Assembly: GCA_964291655.2 (NCBI GenBank)
Contig: OZ219802.1
Location: 2,496,001-2,560,000, forward strand
Origin: Chloroflexota bacterium
Lineage (GTDB): Bacteria; Chloroflexota; UBA11872; VXOZ01
Reading direction: 5' to 3'
DNA: 64,000 nucleotides
Shown here: positions 58,561 to 64,000 of the stretch, in pieces
Layout of the letters: each line of letters starts with the position of its first letter
How positions within the stretch are numbered: position 1 is the stretch's first letter
Notes under the pieces: model-generated
Databases searched by the model: none
What the model was told of the DNA's origin: nothing
The model's input: only the letters and a program-made list of their open reading frames with translations
Translations under genes and position numbers: made by a program

Positions 58561-59976
58561 TTACCGTCGTCGGAAGACGTGTACGGCGCGGCGGTCGACG
58601 TCCCAGGAGGCTTCCATGATAGCTTCCGCGAGCGTGGGATGGGGATGAATATTGAGGCCGACTTCCAGGGGCGTTGCTTCCAGCATTTGCGCCAGTCCCA
58701 TCTCGGCGACGATGTCGGTGGCGCCGGGCCCTATGACGTGGGTACCCAGAATCTCATCGGTCTTGGCGTCGCAGACCATCTTTACAAAGCCTTCGGTCTG
58801 CCCCTTGATGAGCGCCTTGCCCAGTGCGGCAAAGGGGAATCGCCCGACTTTCACTTCCTTCCCCTGCGCGGCGGCTTCCTCCTCCAAGAGACCGATGCTC
58901 GCGATTTCCGGTCGGCAATACGTGGCGCGAGGCACGCGCAAGGGGTCCAGTGGGAAGGAACTCTCACCGGCAAGGTGCTCCATGGCGATGTGCCCTTCGG
59001 CGGTGGCCTTGTGGGCGAGCAGGAAGCCGCCCGCTACGTCGCCTATCGCGTAGACGTGCGGCACATTTGTGCGGCCGTATCCGTCAACCGGAATGATGCC
59101 GCCCTCCGACTTTATGCCAAGCGCATCCAATCCAAGGCCCTCGGTGTTGCCAATTCTTCCGACGGCCACAAGCAGCACATCTGCATGCAGAGACTCTTGC
59201 TTACCTTTTACTTCAATGTCAACCGTTGCAGAATCTTCATTCGTCTTTAGACTTTCCACCAACAGCTTGGCGTCAGTCTTGACAGTAATCCCACGCCGCT
59301 TAAACGAGCGGCCGAGTTCCTTGCCGATGTCTTTGTCTTCCAAGGGCACCAATGTCGGCATGATCTCGACCACCGTCACGGCCACGCCAAAATCGTGAAG
59401 GAGACTTGCCCATTCAACGCCTACCGCACCCGCGCCCAAGATGATGACCGACTCCGGCAGCGTGGTGAGTTCAAGCGCATGATCGCTGCTGATCACCGCT
59501 TTGCCGTCTATCTCCAGTCCCGGCAGGCTGCGTGGTCGTGAGCCGGTCGCGATGACGACGTTGTCGGCGCTAAGGTCTTGGCCGCCGGCGCTGCTCTCCA
59601 CGTGCACTGTTTGGGGCGACGTGAGGGTTCCGGTCCCGAAGAAAACGTCTATTTTGTTTCTTTTCAGCAGCCCTTGCACGCCTTTGTGGAGCTGTGCCAC
59701 CACCTGGGACTTGCGATCAAGCACTTTGGCATAGTCAAATGAAACATCCGTGGCGACAACTCCAAAGGCCGTGCTTTCGTCGCGGGCGTGGTACAGGTGC
59801 TCGGCGGATTCCAGCAAAGCCTTGGTGGGGATGCAGCCTTTGTGGAGGCAGATTCCGCCGAGTTTTTCCTTCTCGACCACAGCCACCTTGAGCCCAAGTT
59901 GTGCGCCGCGAATTGCGGCAGGGTAGCCCCCCGGGCCACCGCCAATAATCACAACGTCATGTGTGTTTTCTGCCAT
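58561..59976 (-). CDS. lpdA: Dihydrolipoyl dehydrogenase (E3)
   Basis: GGGPGGY, GGICLHKGCIPTK, ATGS, GAGAVGVE, HPHPTLAE. Confidence 0.95.
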   Translation of the reverse strand: MAENTHDVVIIGGGPGGYPAAIRGAQLGLKVAVVEKEKLGGICLHKGCIPTKALLESAEHLYHARDESTAFGVVATDVSFDYAKVLDRKSQVVAQLHKGVQGLLKRNKIDVFFGTGTLTSPQTVHVESSAGGQDLSADNVVIATGSRPRSLPGLEIDGKAVISSDHALELTTLPESVIILGAGAVGVEWASLLHDFGVAVTVVEIMPTLVPLEDKDIGKELGRSFKRRGITVKTDAKLLVESLKTNEDSATVDIEVKGKQESLHADVLLVAVGRIGNTEGLGLDALGIKSEGGIIPVDGYGRTNVPHVYAIGDVAGGFLLAHKATAEGHIAMEHLAGESSFPLDPLRVPRATYCRPEIASIGLLEEEAAAQGKEVKVGRFPFAALGKALIKGQTEGFVKMVCDAKTDEILGTHVIGPGATDIVAEMGLAQMLEATPLEVGLNIHPHPTLAEAIMEASWDVDRRAVHVFRRR

Positions 59977-60175
59977 AGTGCCTTCCCTTCAGGACTGGGT
60001 CAGCCTGAAATCGGTATTCATTCAAGAATTCTTCTCGTGTGCGCTAATTCCATCTTGCCGAATGCACTGCTCAGGAATCAAATCGGGCGAACTCTGCGTT
60101 CGCCCGATGTTCCGAAACTTGGAGCCAGGAGATTACGCCACCCAGGTGAAAACGCCACCCAGGTGAATGCGCCGC

Positions 60176-61435
60176 TTAGATCAGCAAGTTATAGGGACTT
60201 TCCAGGAGGTCTTTCAAGTCCCGCAGGAACTCAGCTGCAGGAGCGCCGTAAAGTATCCGGTGGTCGGCAGAGATGCTGAGGAACATGATGTCGCGTATGA
60301 CGATTTCACCATCGCGAACGACGGGACGCGGCTCTATGCCGCCAACGGCAATGATGGCGGACTGAGGAGGATTCACGATGGCGTAAAAGTCACGCACACC
60401 GAACATCCCCAGATTCGATACGGTAAACGTGCCGCCTTCCAGGTCGCCGGGTCGATTCTTGCCTTCACGGGTACGCTCAACCAGCACCTTTGCTTCTACG
60501 GCGAGTTGACGGAGCGGCTTGGTGTCGCAGTTCTTGAGCACGGGGACCAGCAAACCGCTGGGTACGGCAACAGCAATTCCGATATTTGCCTCTTGGTGAT
60601 ATACAAAGCCGCCATCGCGATAGTAGCCGTTTGCATCCGGATGCCGCATGAGAGAGAGCGCGGTCGCTCTCATGATGATGTCGTTGTAACTAATGCGCTC
60701 TTCTTCACTCCAGGCGGCGTTCACCTCCGCCCGCATCGCCTTGGCGGCGCTCATGTCCACTTCCAGCGTAAGGTAGAAATGCGGCACGGTGGTCTTGCTT
60801 TCGACCATACGCCGGACGATTGTGGCCTGCATGCGCGAGAGTGAAGCCACCTCAGTCTCGCTCGGCATTGCGGCAGGATCGTCGGAGACGGCAGCGTCGC
60901 GTGCCGCCTTTTCAACATCATCCTTGACGATGCGGCCGCCAGGGCCGGTGCCTGTAATCTTCGTGAGGTCAAGACCTTGTTCAGCGGCCATACGGCGCGC
61001 GAGCGGCGACGCCTTGACGCGACCGGACGCTGCATCAGTTTGCGCTGCGTCGGCAGGTTGGGATGCGGAGCCGGTCTCTCCTGTGCTGCCGTCGGCGACA
61101 GCGCGCTGTGGACTGCCCAAGTCCACGCCGCTCTCCGGGGCATCGCCAGCCGCGGGCTCGGTAGGAGCGGCAACAGCTATCTGCTTTCCTATCTCACTCT
61201 CATCACCCACCAATGCTATGGGGGCTCCCAGAGCCGCCGAACCGCCTTCTGCCACGAGAAGCTGAAGCAATGTGCCCTCTTCTACGGATTCGAGATCCAT
61301 CACGGCCTTATCGGTCTCGATTTCGGCGAGCAACTCGCCCTTCTTGATGCTGTCACCCACCTGCTTATACCACTGCAGGACTCTCCCTTCCTCCATGGTA
61401 TCGCTAAGCCTGGGCATGGGGACTTCACGGGCCAT
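60176..61435 (-). CDS. pdhC: Pyruvate dehydrogenase E2 dihydrolipoamide acetyltransferase
   Basis: MP.LSDTM.EG, ETDKA lipoyl motif, ASPLARR E3-binding domain, SNLGM, ADHR. Confidence 0.9.
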   Translation of the reverse strand: MAREVPMPRLSDTMEEGRVLQWYKQVGDSIKKGELLAEIETDKAVMDLESVEEGTLLQLLVAEGGSAALGAPIALVGDESEIGKQIAVAAPTEPAAGDAPESGVDLGSPQRAVADGSTGETGSASQPADAAQTDAASGRVKASPLARRMAAEQGLDLTKITGTGPGGRIVKDDVEKAARDAAVSDDPAAMPSETEVASLSRMQATIVRRMVESKTTVPHFYLTLEVDMSAAKAMRAEVNAAWSEEERISYNDIIMRATALSLMRHPDANGYYRDGGFVYHQEANIGIAVAVPSGLLVPVLKNCDTKPLRQLAVEAKVLVERTREGKNRPGDLEGGTFTVSNLGMFGVRDFYAIVNPPQSAIIAVGGIEPRPVVRDGEIVIRDIMFLSISADHRILYGAPAAEFLRDLKDLLESPYNLLI

Positions 61436-61463
61436 GTCTTGGGTTGCTCCTCTTCCTGTCGGT

Positions 61464-62441
61464 CTAAGCGTTGAGGGTAGTTTTCACGGCGTCTACGATC
61501 TTTTCCGGACTAGGTATTACCGCTTGCTCCAGGGGTTTGGAATAAGGCATCGGCACTTCCACCCCGCCAACACGTTCGATGGGAGCGTCCAAATGGTCGA
61601 ATGCTTCTTCGTAGATGGTCGCGGCCACCTCGGCGTTCACGCCAAAGGAGCGGTGCTCTTCTTCCGCGATGACACAGTGGTTCGTCTTCTGTACGGAGTG
61701 GACGAGTGTCTCCACGTCAAATGGCCGGATGCTGCGCAAGTCGATAACTTCTACGCTTATGCCCTCTTCGCTCAGTTGGGCGGCGGCCTGCAGTGCAAAG
61801 AGCACCATCCGCGAGTGCGCGATGAGGGTGACGTCGCTGCCGACACGCTTCACATCCGCTTCCCCAAAGGGAACGGTGTGCTCACCCTCCGGCACCACGC
61901 CCTTGCTGTTGTAGAGGGCCAGATGCTCCAAGAACATTACCGGGTTGTCGTCACGGATAGCAGTCTTAAGCAGGCCCTTGGCATCGGCAGGCACGGCCGG
62001 CGCGACTACCTTCAAGCCGGGGATGTACGCGAACCACACGTCAAGGCTGTGCGAATGCTGGGCCGTGAGCTGCTGGCCGCCGCCGCCGGGAGCGCGAATG
62101 ACCATGGGGCACTTGAGCCTGCCACCGAACATATAGCTGATCTTGGCGGCATGATTCGCAATCTGGTCCATTGCCACCATGCCGAAGTTGATCGTCATGA
62201 GTTCGACGACGGGGCGGAGGCCCGTCATTGCTGCGCCAGCGCCTAATCCGACGAATCCTTCTTCCGCGATGGGAGTGTCGATGACGCGCTTTTCGCCAAA
62301 GCGTTCCAGCAGGCCCTCGGTGACTTTGTATGCGCCCTGAAAGACACCGACCTCTTCACCCATAACGAAGACGTCCGGGTCTTGGTCCATTTCCTCAATC
62401 AGGGCATCGCGCAGGGCTTCCCGATATGAAATTTCTGCCAT
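61464..62441 (-). CDS. pdhB: Pyruvate dehydrogenase E1 beta subunit
   Basis: GEEVG..QGAYKVT, DTPI.E, AQHS, IDLR...P.D. Confidence 0.93.
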   Translation of the reverse strand: MAEISYREALRDALIEEMDQDPDVFVMGEEVGVFQGAYKVTEGLLERFGEKRVIDTPIAEEGFVGLGAGAAMTGLRPVVELMTINFGMVAMDQIANHAAKISYMFGGRLKCPMVIRAPGGGGQQLTAQHSHSLDVWFAYIPGLKVVAPAVPADAKGLLKTAIRDDNPVMFLEHLALYNSKGVVPEGEHTVPFGEADVKRVGSDVTLIAHSRMVLFALQAAAQLSEEGISVEVIDLRSIRPFDVETLVHSVQKTNHCVIAEEEHRSFGVNAEVAATIYEEAFDHLDAPIERVGGVEVPMPYSKPLEQAVIPSPEKIVDAVKTTLNA

Positions 62442-62468
62442 AGGTCTTGTGCTCCCTGGGACAGATGA

Positions 62469-62764
62469 TTAGAAAATATGCCCGTTATCTGCTTGCGTTT
62501 TGCGCGGTAGCAACTCAAGCGCGGCCAATACCGCTATGGCCAAGCCGGCCGCAGCGAAAACGTATGCGCCCGAATGCAGCCGCATGCGCAACTCCAACTC
62601 ACGAAGGTCGGCTGTGGTCGACCGCGCCAGTTCCCTGAGGTCAGACTTGGTCGCTAAGGCGTCATGCGAGTCGCCCATGACGTCTAACCTGGCCTCCGCT
62701 TTGACCTCGCCAAAACCTGCTGCCGTAAGCGTTTTACGGCTCTATGGGTGTCAAACGCCGCCAT
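62469..62764 (-). pseudogene. Frameshifted DUF1640/CCDC90-like small protein
   Basis: MAAFDTHRAVK, then in the -1 frame TLTAAGFGE..AEA...LATKSDLRE; break at GTAAAAC (~62732-62738). Confidence 0.75.
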
Positions 62765-62766
62765 GC

Positions 62767-63810
62767 CTACACATCCTCGGCGTACACGAATTTTTCCAGT
62801 TCCGCCACGTCAGGGAACGGGCTCCGCTCGGCAAAGTCCACCGCTGATTGCACCTTGGCAAGCACGGCTTCTTCAATGTCGTCGGCGTCTTCCTGTGTGA
62901 AGATCTCACCCTCGAGCAGGCGCTTCCGGAAGTTCTCTACCGGGTCGCGTTCACGCCACTCCGCAATTTCGTCTACGGTGCGGTAGTTCTTGCCCGCATC
63001 CGCCATCGAGTGGCCGCGATAGCGGTACGTGACGCACTCGACAAATATCGGCTCGCTTGTGCGCCGCACTTCTTCTACGAGCTTCTTCGTTAGTTGGTAC
63101 ACCGCGAGCACGTCCATGCCATTAACTTTGTAGCCGGGAATGTCATAGGCCACGCCCTTCTTCCACAACTCGGTTACGGCGGAGGCGCGCGCAACGCTGG
63201 TACCCATGCCGTATTGGTTGTTCGTGCAGATGAAGAGGTTCGGCAGTTTCCACAGCGAGGCAATGTTGAGCGCTTCGTGGAAAGCCCCAATATTGGTGGC
63301 GCCGTCGCCAAAAGTGGACATAACGATTTCATCGCTGTCCCGGTACTTGATGGCAAACGAGACACCGGTGGAGAGCGGGATACTGCCGCCCACGATGCCG
63401 TAGCCGCCCATGAAGCGGCGGTCGGGGTCTACCAGGTGCATCGAGCCGCCACGGCCCTTTGCGCAACCGTCCCGCTTACCGAACAGCTCTGCCATAACGG
63501 TACCGTGTGGCAACTCACGCACTATGGCTGAGCCGTGCACACGGTAACTACCGAAAAAGTAGTCTTCTTTTCTTAGCGCCTTAAGGGTACCGACGACGGT
63601 GGCTTCCTCACCGATGTTTAGGTGGCAGTAGCCGCCGATTTTGGCACGCAAGTACATTTCCGCCACACGCTCCTCAAAGCGCCTGACGTATAGCATGCTG
63701 GTATAGAAGTCGATAAGTTGGTCGTTCTCATAGTTGGCGAGATCGCCGGAGTCGCGTACCGGGAGCTCAGTGTCAGTAACCTGGTCTGTCGGTTCCTGGC
63801 TTTGGCTCAT
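62767..63810 (-). CDS. pdhA: Pyruvate dehydrogenase E1 alpha subunit
   Basis: R.FEE, GYCHL.IGEEA, GRGGSMH, FGDGA.N.G.FHE..N, NNQYGMGT, TYRYRGHSMAD; RBS AAGGAGGT. Confidence 0.95.
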   Translation of the reverse strand: MSQSQEPTDQVTDTELPVRDSGDLANYENDQLIDFYTSMLYVRRFEERVAEMYLRAKIGGYCHLNIGEEATVVGTLKALRKEDYFFGSYRVHGSAIVRELPHGTVMAELFGKRDGCAKGRGGSMHLVDPDRRFMGGYGIVGGSIPLSTGVSFAIKYRDSDEIVMSTFGDGATNIGAFHEALNIASLWKLPNLFICTNNQYGMGTSVARASAVTELWKKGVAYDIPGYKVNGMDVLAVYQLTKKLVEEVRRTSEPIFVECVTYRYRGHSMADAGKNYRTVDEIAEWRERDPVENFRKRLLEGEIFTQEDADDIEEAVLAKVQSAVDFAERSPFPDVAELEKFVYAEDV

Positions 63811-64000
63811 TCCCGTATTACCTCCTTTGGCATCTCGGGCTGGAAGCCCTGTTTTACCGTGTCACGCAACCCGCAAAATGCAACGGGACCCCGATACGCC
63901 AAGTATGGGCATTTCCCGTTGTCCCCAGCGCGCTGCGTGATGTTCGCACATCACCGTGCACTCTGTTCGAGCGCGGCCCAATTCCTCATGGTGCGCATTT

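Noticed and set aside
58130-58648. 172-aa ORF
   Set aside because: Reads through the MITE end and tandem REPs; spurious

Overview
GC-rich bacterial chromosomal segment. Chloroflexota is inferred from the lineage-typical GYP..S/Q.F.RARLE surface domains, orphan Tat-lipoprotein solute-binding proteins and plant-type LRR lipoprotein, a mix suggestive of a host-associated (e.g. sponge) lineage. Housekeeping genes include argJ, argC, uppP, an inositol monophosphatase, glycerate kinase, pyk, rpiB-tal-pgi-zwf, proS and pdhA-pdhB-pdhC-lpdA. Accessory genes include two tandem rhamnonate-dehydratase-like enolases, an atypical transaldolase-fold enzyme, an NYN-LOTUS protein, three tandem Tat SBP paralogs, an ~18-repeat LRR lipoprotein, an A-ACP-acyltransferase fusion and a PaREP1-like protein. 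The most unusual signal is non-coding: at least six REP-like hairpin families; a RAYT transposase with its own inverted REPs; a 23-bp unit repeatedly inserted into the loop of its own hairpin family; a 287-bp IS481-like MITE (50-bp TIRs, 5-bp TSD) inside a 44-bp REP array; and short IS-end-bounded cassettes. No rRNA, tRNA, CRISPR array or reverse transcriptase was recognised. All calls come from reading the sequence; no searches were run.
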